This document shows, one piece after another, positions 1 through 9,097 of a stretch of 64,000 nt of DNA. This stretch comes from an uncultured Candidatus Poseidoniales archaeon (GTDB lineage Archaea; Thermoplasmatota; Poseidoniia; Poseidoniales; Thalassarchaeaceae). Location of the stretch: contig CACJKA010000004.1 of the NCBI GenBank assembly GCA_902593945.1, forward strand, positions 13,434-77,433, read 5' to 3'. A program made the position numbers and the translations under genes. The notes beneath the pieces were generated by a model. The model saw nothing but the letters and a program-made list of their open reading frames with translations, was not told the origin of the DNA and did not search any database. The number at the start of each line of letters is the position of its first letter. Position 1 is the stretch's first letter.

Positions 1-630
1 AATGTCAAAAGAATCGGTCGGGTCACTCATTTCGTACAAGCGATCATATACACTCCTACCGTCTACAATTCCTGTTGAATGAACTCCTCCCTCATCCTTA
101 GATAGAGACATTGTTCGATCAATCGGTACGATTTTTACAACTACTGATCCTCCAGTTTCTGAACTATGATTTACAGTATCATATGTATTATTTCCAGAAG
201 CCGATACTCGTTCAATTCCATTATTTGAATTATCTATATCTCCGCCCCTACTAATCCAGCTTATCCAAGATTCTTCTTGATCACGAATTGGCCAAAAGTC
301 TCTACCAAAATCTCCGATTATGAAAATCATGTTTTCAGTTCTTGGAGGTGCCAATATTGGCAACGTTTGCGAATCACCTTTTTCCAAATCAATGACGGTC
401 GAGTTTTGAACATAATTGGTACTATCTGCTATAATCAAGTAAGGAATAAAAACTGACATAGAACTAGAGGCGGAGAATTTTACATTTTGGAAAAAACCAC
501 CCTCTAAAATCGCTACATCAACTTCCAAATCGCCTTCTTTAGGCATATTCTCTGAGTCAGCAAAACATCCAGTTAGTGGTGCTGATAACATTAACAGTAC
601 AAGCAAACCAGCGACGCCGTGACGCTCCAT
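1..630 (-). CDS. secreted lipoprotein-like protein, partial (C-terminus runs off the window start)
   Basis: Hand translation of the minus strand from ATG at 630 is open to position 1. The N-terminus MERHGVAGLLVLLMLSAPLTGCFADSE has a hydrophobic signal followed by a lipobox-like LTGC. It is absent from the ORF track because no stop lies inside the window. Confidence 0.5.
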   Translation of the reverse strand, partial: MERHGVAGLLVLLMLSAPLTGCFADSENMPKEGDLEVDVAILEGGFFQNVKFSASSSMSVFIPYLIIADSTNYVQNSTVIDLEKGDSQTLPILAPPRTENMIFIIGDFGRDFWPIRDQEESWISWISRGGDIDNSNNGIERVSASGNNTYDTVNHSSETGGSVVVKIVPIDRTMSLSKDEGGVHSTGIVDGRSVYDRLYEMSDPTDSFDI

Positions 631-694
631 ATCTTCCGGAACACGAATATCTTGTTGAACTAAACGGTCCTATGAAAGAGTACTATTCTGTATT

Positions 695-1270
695 TTAATT
701 ACCAGATTCAGTAATTTGCATCTTCTTAGGTTCCTTCAAGACAACAGCGAATAAACCACCTAGTAACAGGAAGAATACTCCGCAACAAGCTGTAGTCGCG
801 CCTCCTAATGCAGCAAAGAATCCACCAACGGCTTCTCCGCCTTCTTCTAGAATTATATCCCACATTGGCACAAGCTCATAATTTTCATTTGCATCAATAG
901 TATATTCGCCACTGTTATAATCCCAAGATGAAATAGTAGCCATGTGGTACCATCCGCTAGGATCATCCTCCCAGCCCCATGGTTTTTCACCATCATCTTC
1001 ACAGTCAGTCTTTAGATGATTTTCTCCGGTTTCATTTGTCATAGTAATAGTAAATTCATCACATCTCACATCATCACTAACCATTACAAGAATATCTTCG
1101 CCACTAAAAGAATAAGTTGTAGCCTCCGCAGATCCACTGAAATCACTCTTTTCTTCTACATCCCATTGTCCAGCATCGCTTATAGCTGCACCTCCGCCAA
1201 TCGTCATCACAACTCCTGCCAATGTAATTAACACTCCTAGGCCAAGAAAAATTTTACCTGCTATATGCAT
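695..1270 (-). CDS. membrane-anchored hypothetical protein (N- and C-terminal TM helices, acidic ectodomain)
   Basis: 191-aa ORF with hydrophobic N-terminus IFLGLGVLITLAGVVMTIGG and C-terminal TM CCGVFFLLLGGLFAVVL followed by basic residues. No recognisable catalytic motif. Confidence 0.5.
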   Translation of the reverse strand: MHIAGKIFLGLGVLITLAGVVMTIGGGAAISDAGQWDVEEKSDFSGSAEATTYSFSGEDILVMVSDDVRCDEFTITMTNETGENHLKTDCEDDGEKPWGWEDDPSGWYHMATISSWDYNSGEYTIDANENYELVPMWDIILEEGGEAVGGFFAALGGATTACCGVFFLLLGGLFAVVLKEPKKMQITESGN

Positions 1271-1352
1271 ATGAGTATCGACATGATGGCGGAATATAAA
1301 CTAAACCTTGTTTTTTGTTGATTTCTGAATTAATAATGGTATAAAGTATTTA

Positions 1353-2306
1353 GTGCGAACCAGCATCTTTGAGTTAGAAGGTGATGCTATGAGCGAAATA
1401 GTCAGACGAAAAGAAAATATTACCCAGGACTTTGAGAAAAATACATTGAATGGTTTTATCGGAGTATTCCTTCATTTCATTGTTCTCGGTTTTATTAATT
1501 TGTTATTGATGGGTTTGATGGGAGCAGGTGGCGCCATTGGCGGGCTTGCATTTTTAATCACAATATTCACAGGCCCTCTTTGGCTTCTCTATTGGAATAG
1601 TTATATTATCATAGCACCAAATGAAGCAGCTACAGTACAGTTCTTTGGAAAGTATTCCGGAACAGTGAATAAAGAAGGATTCCACTTTTTCCTTAATCCG
1701 TTCTATCAAAAACAAAAAATTTCTTTGCGTATAAGAAATTTTGAATCCGCTAGATTGAAAGTTAACGATGTGAATGCAAACCCCATCGATATAGGTGCAG
1801 TAGTAGTTTGGAGAGTATTTGACGCTGCTGAAGCACTTTTCGAAGTAGATCATTACGATCACTATGTCCAAATTCAAAGCGAGGCAGCACTGCGTGCGAT
1901 GGCAACATCTTACCCATATGACATAATTGAAGACAAAGACGTTGGGGGAATTTCCTTATCTAGCCACCAAGAAGAAATCGCAGAACTCCTACAAGCTTCA
2001 GTAGAAGACAGACTCAAGCAAGCAGGGATAGAAGTTCTTGAAGCAAGAATCAGCCATCTAGCTTACTCTCAAGAAATTGCTCAAGCAATGCTACGCCGCC
2101 AACAAGCTAGCGCAGTGGTAGCTGCAAGAACCGAGATCGTTAAGGGAGCAGTTGGCATGGTTGAGGAAGCTCTGAAACAACTAAGCTCCAAACAAATAAT
2201 TGACCTTGATGAAGATAAAAAGGCAACTATGGTAAGCAATTTACTTGTCGTTCTTTGTTCAGAAACAGACACTACTCCAGTAGTTAATACAGGAACGATA
2301 TACTGA
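1353..2306 (+). CDS. SPFH/Band 7 (stomatin/prohibitin-like) membrane protein
   Basis: N-terminal TM region followed by a Band 7-like core (NPIDIGAVVVWRVFDAAEALFEVDHYDHYVQIQSEAALRAMAT; AQAMLRRQQASAVVAAR). The true start may be the ATG at 1389 (MSEIV) rather than the GTG at 1353. Confidence 0.8.
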   Translation: MRTSIFELEGDAMSEIVRRKENITQDFEKNTLNGFIGVFLHFIVLGFINLLLMGLMGAGGAIGGLAFLITIFTGPLWLLYWNSYIIIAPNEAATVQFFGKYSGTVNKEGFHFFLNPFYQKQKISLRIRNFESARLKVNDVNANPIDIGAVVVWRVFDAAEALFEVDHYDHYVQIQSEAALRAMATSYPYDIIEDKDVGGISLSSHQEEIAELLQASVEDRLKQAGIEVLEARISHLAYSQEIAQAMLRRQQASAVVAARTEIVKGAVGMVEEALKQLSSKQIIDLDEDKKATMVSNLLVVLCSETDTTPVVNTGTIY

Positions 2307-2312
2307 TTGAAG

Positions 2313-2397
2313 TGGTGCAGAGGACAGGATTTGAACCTGCGAAGCACTACGCACTGGGACCTCATCCCAGCCCCTTTGACCACTCGGGTACCTCTGC
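2313..2397 (-). tRNA. tRNA-Leu (anticodon GAG), long variable arm, CCA encoded
   Basis: The reverse complement reads GCAGAGGTACCCGAGTGGTCAAAGGGGCTGGGATGAGGTCCCAGTGCGTAGTGCTTCGCAGGTTCAAATCCTGTCCTCTGCACCA. The acceptor stem GCAGAGG/CCTCTGC is 7 bp, the anticodon stem is CTGGG/CCCAG with loop ATGAGGT, and the T-arm is GCAGG-TTCAAAT-CCTGT. Confidence 0.85.
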
Positions 2398-2459
2398 TTG
2401 GAGACACAGCGACACGCCAATCGTATTTCACAATCTCGGATATCGCGAACTCTTTCGTC

Positions 2460-2948
2460 TCAACTATCATCAAGATAAACTGCATCGCCTACAGAAACAG
2501 ACCCCTCTTCTATAACCGAGGCGGACCATCGAGACCACCCCTCTCTTTTGTTGTGATCGACTCTGGAGAAATTATTCTCGACAAATGACTTTCCGATTTT
2601 ACTGCATGGGGCGCAAGGCTCGCTTAGCCTGATTACGGCAGACCCAAGCCTAATCGTCATACCAACCTCCAATTTCGGCCAATCCATCCCTTCGATAGTG
2701 AAATTCTCTCCAGCGGTGCCAACTTCGATAGGATGACCTTCTTTTTGGAGTTGTAATATCCTCTCCATAGAGAATATGCATACGGCTCTCCCCGGGTCTC
2801 CATTTTTCCTCTCCATTCTGAATCTGTTGTGATCCCCCTCGACTCCCTCGAATTTGACAATCGCTGTTTCCAAAGGAAGCTTCGGTACCCCCCCTAATTC
2901 ACTTACATTAATTGAAACAATAGTTGCCATCCTAATCATTTTCTCCAT
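2460..2948 (-). CDS. MOSC domain protein
   Basis: MOSC-like pattern: GVEGDHNRF, GRAVCIFSMERI, GTAGENFTIEGMDW and the conserved Cys region RLSEPCAPCSKIG. The likely true start is MATIVS at 2930, which avoids overlap with the upstream gene. Confidence 0.75.
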   Translation of the reverse strand: MEKMIRMATIVSINVSELGGVPKLPLETAIVKFEGVEGDHNRFRMERKNGDPGRAVCIFSMERILQLQKEGHPIEVGTAGENFTIEGMDWPKLEVGMTIRLGSAVIRLSEPCAPCSKIGKSFVENNFSRVDHNKREGWSRWSASVIEEGSVSVGDAVYLDDS

Positions 2949-4098
2949 TAACAGTTTCTAGAATTTCCAAAGTTTCTTTTACCATTCTATTTTTATCGAA
3001 TCTTTTCTCAGTAGTCTCTCTTGCGGCGATTGAAATCCTCTTCCTCAATTCTGAATCATTCCCTAATTTTTTAATCCCCGCGATTAACTCTTCTAAGTCG
3101 CCTGGTTTGATGAATAAACCATCTTCGTCATGTGTAATTACATCAGAGTTCCCGCCAATTTTTGAAGAAATTGTGGGAATACCATGAGCCATGGCCTCTA
3201 ATAATGCCAAAGGCAAACCCTCATATCTCATAGTTGGGATTAGGTAAATGTCAGCCTCTGAATAAATTCTTGAAAGATCTTCATCGGATACTCGGCCATG
3301 AAAAATCACTTTATCTTCAACTTTTAATTTCTTTGCCAGTATTTTCAACTCATCAAGATAAGAACCAGTTCCTACTATCCCTAACTCTAGATCCATGTCC
3401 TCAATTTGACTCAATGCCATTATCGCTTTTTGGAAACCTTTCTGCTTATCTGCCCTACCTGTACAAAGCAATTTTATGGCGCCTTTATTTTCAACATATT
3501 CTTTCTTTTCCGGCAATTCTATTCCATTTTCAATAACTTTAACTTTATTTTTTGAAAATAACGAAAAATCTCTTTCTAAAGTGGGAGAAACTAATATTAT
3601 TTTATCCACTTTTCTTCTAGTAGGCATTTCCCATACCAAACATCTTCGAATTAAGTGTAATGGGGTGAGTAACATCCAATGCCAGTGCCGGGGCCTTTTG
3701 TCAGCGGACGAAAGAAATGACAACAACTCAGTCCTCAATGAGCCATGACAAACCAGGACAATTGGAATTCTCTCCTTTTTCGCCCAAGAAAGAACACCCG
3801 TAGAAGCAAATTCGTTACTGTGAATTATATCAATTGGTTTTTTTTCATGTATTTCCTGAATCAATTTCTTTGATTCTTTAAACCACGCTCTTGATAGTTT
3901 TCTTGGCTTCGAAGGGCTAAGAAAATGCACGTCGTAACCTTTTTCATTTATTTTTTGTATTTTTTCGGGATGAGAAGTGGTAATTACAGTAACGTCATGA
4001 CCATTTTCAATAAAACCATCACATAAATCAATGCATTGCCTTTGAAACCCACCAAATCCGTGAGAAAGAGTAGAACGAGTCATCACTAGAATGTGCAT
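2932..4098 (-). CDS. glycosyltransferase, GT4/GT1 family
   Basis: C-terminal Glycos_transf_1 signature RYEGLPLALLEAMAHGIPTISSKIGGNSDVI. The N-terminal HILVMT...GGFQR region is typical of GT4. Confidence 0.8.
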   Translation of the reverse strand: MHILVMTRSTLSHGFGGFQRQCIDLCDGFIENGHDVTVITTSHPEKIQKINEKGYDVHFLSPSKPRKLSRAWFKESKKLIQEIHEKKPIDIIHSNEFASTGVLSWAKKERIPIVLVCHGSLRTELLSFLSSADKRPRHWHWMLLTPLHLIRRCLVWEMPTRRKVDKIILVSPTLERDFSLFSKNKVKVIENGIELPEKKEYVENKGAIKLLCTGRADKQKGFQKAIMALSQIEDMDLELGIVGTGSYLDELKILAKKLKVEDKVIFHGRVSDEDLSRIYSEADIYLIPTMRYEGLPLALLEAMAHGIPTISSKIGGNSDVITHDEDGLFIKPGDLEELIAGIKKLGNDSELRKRISIAARETTEKRFDKNRMVKETLEILETVNGEND

Positions 4099-4222
4099 AT
4101 AACAAACAAATGAAAGGCCTGAGAGTTATAGGTCTATTCTATTAACGAGTTCAAGAACATTATTAATATCTTCCAGCATGTATGATGAAAGTAAAATAAC
4201 ATATGGCTGGTGGTAAATCCGA

Positions 4223-5119
4223 GTGTCACTAATGTCGGAGGTAGATGTTTTTCTTATTGGAGTCCCAAAAGCAGGAACAACTTGGCTCGCACATACACTT
4301 AGTCAACACAAGAAAATAGCCCTCTCTGACCCCAAAGAACCAAACATAATAGCATCTCATAAAGGCACCTTTATTCGTACAGATGAGGAACCCGATTGGG
4401 ACAAATTTAGAATGTGTTTTCGTGAAGAAGGCTTGAAATTAGATGCCTCTATTCATGCGTTCTCTTGCCCTCTAGCGCCTTCTAGAATCAAGCAAAGAAT
4501 CCCGGAAGCAAAGTTTATTCTTTGCCTTAGAGAACCCGTTTCGCGCTCATTCAGTCATTGGAACATGGTATTGAATACTAAAGAATCGGTAGCGAATGGG
4601 GTTGATTGGAGTACCTTTGAAAAAGCTTGGAACGATAATCATTTGAAAGTAGATTCAATGTATGGCACATCAATGAATAATTGGCTAAAAGAATTTGACA
4701 TGAATAATTTTTTAATTATTGATAGCATTAAACTAAGGACTAATCCAAAAGATATTTTGAAAACAATTGAGAGCTTTCTCGAATTGGAACATCATGATTT
4801 CGAAACCACATCAAAACGCCACTCGAATAGTGCAATTTCGAGAAGACCAATTTCTTTCACGGGTAAATTAATTAGGGCATTATTCTCAATAATTCCCAAA
4901 CCAATGAAATCGCCAATCGTTCGTATATTGCAAAAAAGAGATTTCAATATCTATAATCTTCCTCTATTAAGTACCAAAGGGATTACACACGAAATAAATT
5001 CCTCCCACTTCCAAATTTGCGGAAATCAATTAATTGAAGAATTAGAATTATTTGAAGAACTTACTGGATTTAATACCAATCATTGGCGCGAAGAAATAAA
5101 TAATAATCTCAGTAATTGA
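4223..5119 (+). CDS. sulfotransferase family protein
   Basis: PAPS-binding 5'-PSB-like loop FLIGVPKAGTTWL and 3'-PB-like LREPVSRSFSHW. Confidence 0.7.
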   Translation: MSLMSEVDVFLIGVPKAGTTWLAHTLSQHKKIALSDPKEPNIIASHKGTFIRTDEEPDWDKFRMCFREEGLKLDASIHAFSCPLAPSRIKQRIPEAKFILCLREPVSRSFSHWNMVLNTKESVANGVDWSTFEKAWNDNHLKVDSMYGTSMNNWLKEFDMNNFLIIDSIKLRTNPKDILKTIESFLELEHHDFETTSKRHSNSAISRRPISFTGKLIRALFSIIPKPMKSPIVRILQKRDFNIYNLPLLSTKGITHEINSSHFQICGNQLIEELELFEELTGFNTNHWREEINNNLSN

Positions 5120-5980
5120 TTATGGAGTGTATCCAAAAATTCCTAAGATTTCTTTCTTTTCTAAAGCAAAATCACACATTTTTTTGTCCTTTTTGTACGC
5201 AAAGGCACGATCTTTATTTATTGATTTACTTATGCCCTCCAATAGCTCAGAATCCTTTTCTATGCCAACAAAATTCCATATTTCTTCAATAATTGATTCC
5301 GGATTTGTTAGTAAATCTTCATACCGTATTTCTAGGACAGATTCACATTCTCTCAAAATCTTCCTTTCAATAGTCATTTGTTCATACCAAAAATCAAATG
5401 CATGCGATAATGTAGCAGATCTTTGCCCTCTTCTAATAGGTGATTTACTATCTTTCCATTTATACATTTTAACCCATTTAGAAAATCTATTTTCATCCTC
5501 TTCCCAATTTTTTGAACTTCTTGTTTGAAGACTGGCTGCCACATCAACTCCATGACGCGTGACATGAATAATCTTCATCTCCGGCCATATTTCTTTCCAT
5601 ATAGGCAACGCAGGGCCATTTCTAGGATCTTTCCACCCCCATTTAGAATTCATATCAAACAAGCCTTTCTTCATTTTTTTCCCTGAATATTTTTTACTCG
5701 AATTACTAGCAATTCTCAACCTTAAATATTCTTCAACCTTTTTCTTTGCTGGTTTATAATCCATCAATTCCTGAACTGCCAAAGGCCTAGCCCAATCCGC
5801 TCCTGCATTTTCATAAATCCATTTATTCAATCCAATGAAAAATTTTGATTCGTGATCTTCTTGTAAATCTGAACCCATAAAAACTCCAGACCGATCTAAT
5901 ATCTGTGAGACTAAACTCGTGCCACTTCGATGCATCCCGACTATTACGAATGGCCCATTCATATACTTCCGTATTGGCAT
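5120..5980 (-). CDS. sulfotransferase family protein
   Basis: FVIVGMHRSGTSLVSQIL (P-loop-like PSB motif) and HVTRHGVDVAASL. Convergent with and abutting the other sulfotransferase gene. Confidence 0.7.
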   Translation of the reverse strand: MPIRKYMNGPFVIVGMHRSGTSLVSQILDRSGVFMGSDLQEDHESKFFIGLNKWIYENAGADWARPLAVQELMDYKPAKKKVEEYLRLRIASNSSKKYSGKKMKKGLFDMNSKWGWKDPRNGPALPIWKEIWPEMKIIHVTRHGVDVAASLQTRSSKNWEEDENRFSKWVKMYKWKDSKSPIRRGQRSATLSHAFDFWYEQMTIERKILRECESVLEIRYEDLLTNPESIIEEIWNFVGIEKDSELLEGISKSINKDRAFAYKKDKKMCDFALEKKEILGIFGYTP

Positions 5981-6088
5981 TCATGTTAAGTCCTAACGGG
6001 CAAATTAGTACTTTTTCACAATCATTATGCTCACAATCTAAAGATAAACCGAGCATTCATTCAATAACAAGTATGCATTCGTAAAGGC

Positions 6089-6415
6089 ATGGTCGACATT
6101 GCTTCACTTGTGTTAGCAGGATTCCAAGATAGCATCGAGTCTGCGTTTGGGCCGTCTCTTGGATGGGTCATCGGCCACGCGATTGTACTTTTTTTCACAC
6201 TTTCAATAATATGGATTATACAGAACAGAGATCATATTGTCAATAAATCTGGATGGGGTTACCCTAATTTGATAGACATATCAGTAATTACATTACTTAC
6301 TGTAACTCAGTATCTTGTTTTTGTCAATTTACTTAATTTTCCTAGCACGGCATCATGGGGCCTAGCAATATTTTCAACAATGGCATTGAGATGGCATATA
6401 CTAGTATTGGAATAG
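6089..6415 (+). CDS. small integral membrane protein, function unknown
   Basis: 108-aa ORF with 3 predicted hydrophobic helices. No motif recognised. Confidence 0.4.
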   Translation: MVDIASLVLAGFQDSIESAFGPSLGWVIGHAIVLFFTLSIIWIIQNRDHIVNKSGWGYPNLIDISVITLLTVTQYLVFVNLLNFPSTASWGLAIFSTMALRWHILVLE

Positions 6416-6419
6416 ATAA

Positions 6420-7385
6420 TTATTCGTATCCTCGTCCCTTTCTACGATAATAGATAAATCCCACAATAGTAACCAAGAAAATCCCTAAAATCCCCCCAAT
6501 TACTGGTATTTGTTCTTCTGTAAGTCCTAATTGTTCTATAATCGAATCGTTTCCTCCAAGTTCAATACCAAGGCCTATTGATTTCTTCTTAATTTTAATA
6601 TCAACTGTATTTGAATTTGGACAAGAATTCGGCCTAATTTCTCCTACTTCTATAATCACTATACAACCATCCCAATCAGTATCTAAATTGCTAGGCGTCC
6701 CTACTATAAAATTACAATTTTCTCCGGTCTCTCCAACTTTAACTTCTACTTCACAATTACCGCCAATATTTTCAAAGCCACTTGGCCAAGATGAGGAACC
6801 CATATTTTCCTTAATTAGATGTATTTGATAACTCACATCTCCTTCCATATTGCTATTACAATTTATAGCAGCAGAAATAGAAATTTCATCACCACCATCA
6901 AACGTCCCTCCGCCTTGCCCAATTTCAGCACCACAATTCATATATTCAGTAATTGTAATAATTATTTCTTCAGAATCAGAAGTACCTAGTGGATATGGCA
7001 CTCCATTCACTTGCTCTACAGTAGCGGTAACATTAACTTCCATTTCGGCGGGTTCTTCAGCTTCATCTGATCTAAAAACAACTTGAAAATTGCTTGATCC
7101 TCCACCGGCAATTGTGATTGATTCAGGCCCAGCACTTGAAAGCGACCCAGACTGAATTTGTATGGTAATTTTTTCCGAATGCATACTTGGATTTTCCAAA
7201 TCACAATTAATAACCACAGTTCTTGGTGAATTCGGACCCGAGTAAATCTCTCCTTCATCATCACAGGTTATTATTACTTCAGGCAACAATTGTGCCGAAA
7301 CAGGAGTGACGGAATATACCATTGTTGCCAAAATTAGCATAGTACAGACAATGCTAACAGCCTTTGACATAACCCCCTCGAGCAA
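6420..7385 (-). CDS. secreted, C-terminally anchored surface protein
   Basis: N-terminal signal/TM (VSIVCTMLILATMVYSV), a Cys-containing beta-rich acidic ectodomain, and a C-terminal TM IPVIGGILGIFLVTIVGFIYY followed by RRKGRG. Confidence 0.5.
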   Translation of the reverse strand: MLEGVMSKAVSIVCTMLILATMVYSVTPVSAQLLPEVIITCDDEGEIYSGPNSPRTVVINCDLENPSMHSEKITIQIQSGSLSSAGPESITIAGGGSSNFQVVFRSDEAEEPAEMEVNVTATVEQVNGVPYPLGTSDSEEIIITITEYMNCGAEIGQGGGTFDGGDEISISAAINCNSNMEGDVSYQIHLIKENMGSSSWPSGFENIGGNCEVEVKVGETGENCNFIVGTPSNLDTDWDGCIVIIEVGEIRPNSCPNSNTVDIKIKKKSIGLGIELGGNDSIIEQLGLTEEQIPVIGGILGIFLVTIVGFIYYRRKGRGYE

Positions 7386-7478
7386 TCAATTACGGATAGA
7401 ATTATTGCTTATCGAATATTAAAATTCATTAAATTAGTATTCAAAGGTTTCATGACAGCCCATAGTTTCGATTAGTAC

Positions 7479-9050
7479 ATGAGTGATGGGGCGGGACAAC
7501 CTCCGGTTGTGATTGTACCCGAACAAACTAACATAACCAGTGGAACTGCAGTACAAGAAAAACTAATCACTGCCGCAAGGGTTTTTTCAGACCTATTGAA
7601 ACCAACATTCGGGCCAAAGGGCTTGGATAAGATGCTGTACAAGTCAAATGGAACTACAGCAGTAACGAACGACGGAGCAAAAATTGTAGCAGAATTATTA
7701 GTCAAACACCCGGCTGCAAAAATGATGGTTTCAATGGCCAATTCTCAAGAGGAAAACTGTGGAGATGGAGTTACTACAACCATGCTTCTTTGTGGGAGTC
7801 TTCTTCAAGAAGGAAACAATCTCCTCAAGAAAGGATTACACCCTTTGACATTGGTAGAAGGCTTTCGTAAATCTCTTGAAATTGCCAAGCAGCAAATAAT
7901 TTTAGATTCAAGAAAAATTGATGATGAAAAATTATTGGCAGTTGCCGAAACTGCATTAACCGGTAAAGGAACAGAAGGGGCTCTAGATTTATTTTCATCT
8001 ATTATTGTAGAATCTTTAACATCAATATCTGAAACACAGGAAATTCCTAGAGCCGAGAATATTGCTATGTTCAAATCTAATACTGGGAATATTCATGATT
8101 CTAAAATAATTCACGGAGTAGCGTTCCGTCGTAGAGTTTTGATGGATAGCTTGCCAAACAAACTTTCTGATGTTAAGGTAGCAGTTATTTCTGGCGACAT
8201 TAAAATTCGAAAAATGTCACGAACTGCCGAGATTCAGATTACTTCCGCAGATCAATTAGAGGCATTTGTTGATGCCGAGCAAGATAGAAAGAATAGTATT
8301 TCACAGTCGTTAATTGATAGCGGGGCATCGTTAGTTTTGTGTGGTGGAGAAATAGATCGAGATATCCTACATAATCTTGCAGATAATAATATTCTTGCAG
8401 TTGGAGAACTAGACTCATCTGAGATACATAATTCTGCATCTTCAACAGGTGCAAAGGTTGTAGATTCAATATCTGATATCGAAACTAAAGATTTGGGATT
8501 TTGTGGTTCTGTTGTTTGGGAAAGGAACGAAGCAAGCGACATGGTCGAAGATATCATTAGAATAGATGGATGTAAAAAACCAGGATTAGTTACAATAGAT
8601 GTCGGAGGGGCAGGAGATATTGCTACAGAAGAAATAATCCGAGGGCTGCACGACGGCCTTAGGGCAGCATCGTTAGCAATGGAGGACCAAGAAGTCTTAC
8701 CGGGAGGCGGAGCAATACACAGCAGAATTGCTCATGCGGTTAGAATATCTTCTGAATCAGAACCAGGTCGTGCACGTTTAGCAATGGAAGCATTTTCTAG
8801 AGCGATGGAAACAATTCCGGGAGCACTTGTAGAAAACTCAGGTAATGATGCACTCGATAGCATACTCGAATTGAGGGCAGCCACTAGAAACCAAGAACAT
8901 TTTATTGGAATTGACGAGAATGGAAAAGTATCAGTTATAGATAAAGCATGGCATCCTAGGACAATAATTACAGAATCATTACAGTTAGCATGTGAAACCA
9001 CAATTGGAATGCTCAGAATCGACCAAGTCATTTCTTCCCGTGGTGATTGA
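7479..9050 (+). CDS. ths: thermosome subunit (group II chaperonin, Cpn60/TCP-1 family)
   Basis: TCP-1 family signatures: LKPTFGPKGLDKML, TNDGAKI, HPAAKMMV, QEENCGDGVTTT and VLPGGGAIH. Length 523 aa. Confidence 0.95.
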   Translation: MSDGAGQPPVVIVPEQTNITSGTAVQEKLITAARVFSDLLKPTFGPKGLDKMLYKSNGTTAVTNDGAKIVAELLVKHPAAKMMVSMANSQEENCGDGVTTTMLLCGSLLQEGNNLLKKGLHPLTLVEGFRKSLEIAKQQIILDSRKIDDEKLLAVAETALTGKGTEGALDLFSSIIVESLTSISETQEIPRAENIAMFKSNTGNIHDSKIIHGVAFRRRVLMDSLPNKLSDVKVAVISGDIKIRKMSRTAEIQITSADQLEAFVDAEQDRKNSISQSLIDSGASLVLCGGEIDRDILHNLADNNILAVGELDSSEIHNSASSTGAKVVDSISDIETKDLGFCGSVVWERNEASDMVEDIIRIDGCKKPGLVTIDVGGAGDIATEEIIRGLHDGLRAASLAMEDQEVLPGGGAIHSRIAHAVRISSESEPGRARLAMEAFSRAMETIPGALVENSGNDALDSILELRAATRNQEHFIGIDENGKVSVIDKAWHPRTIITESLQLACETTIGMLRIDQVISSRGD

Positions 9051-9097
9051 AAACACTTCTCACAAATACTTCAAGCCCTATGCTCCTACGCCTTGAT

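Noticed and set aside
9047-9097. N-terminal 17 codons of the purH track ORF overlapping the thermosome stop
   Set aside because: The PurH homology begins at MAAPRALLSV. The extension (MKTLLTNTSSPMLLRLD) has no counterpart in PurH proteins.
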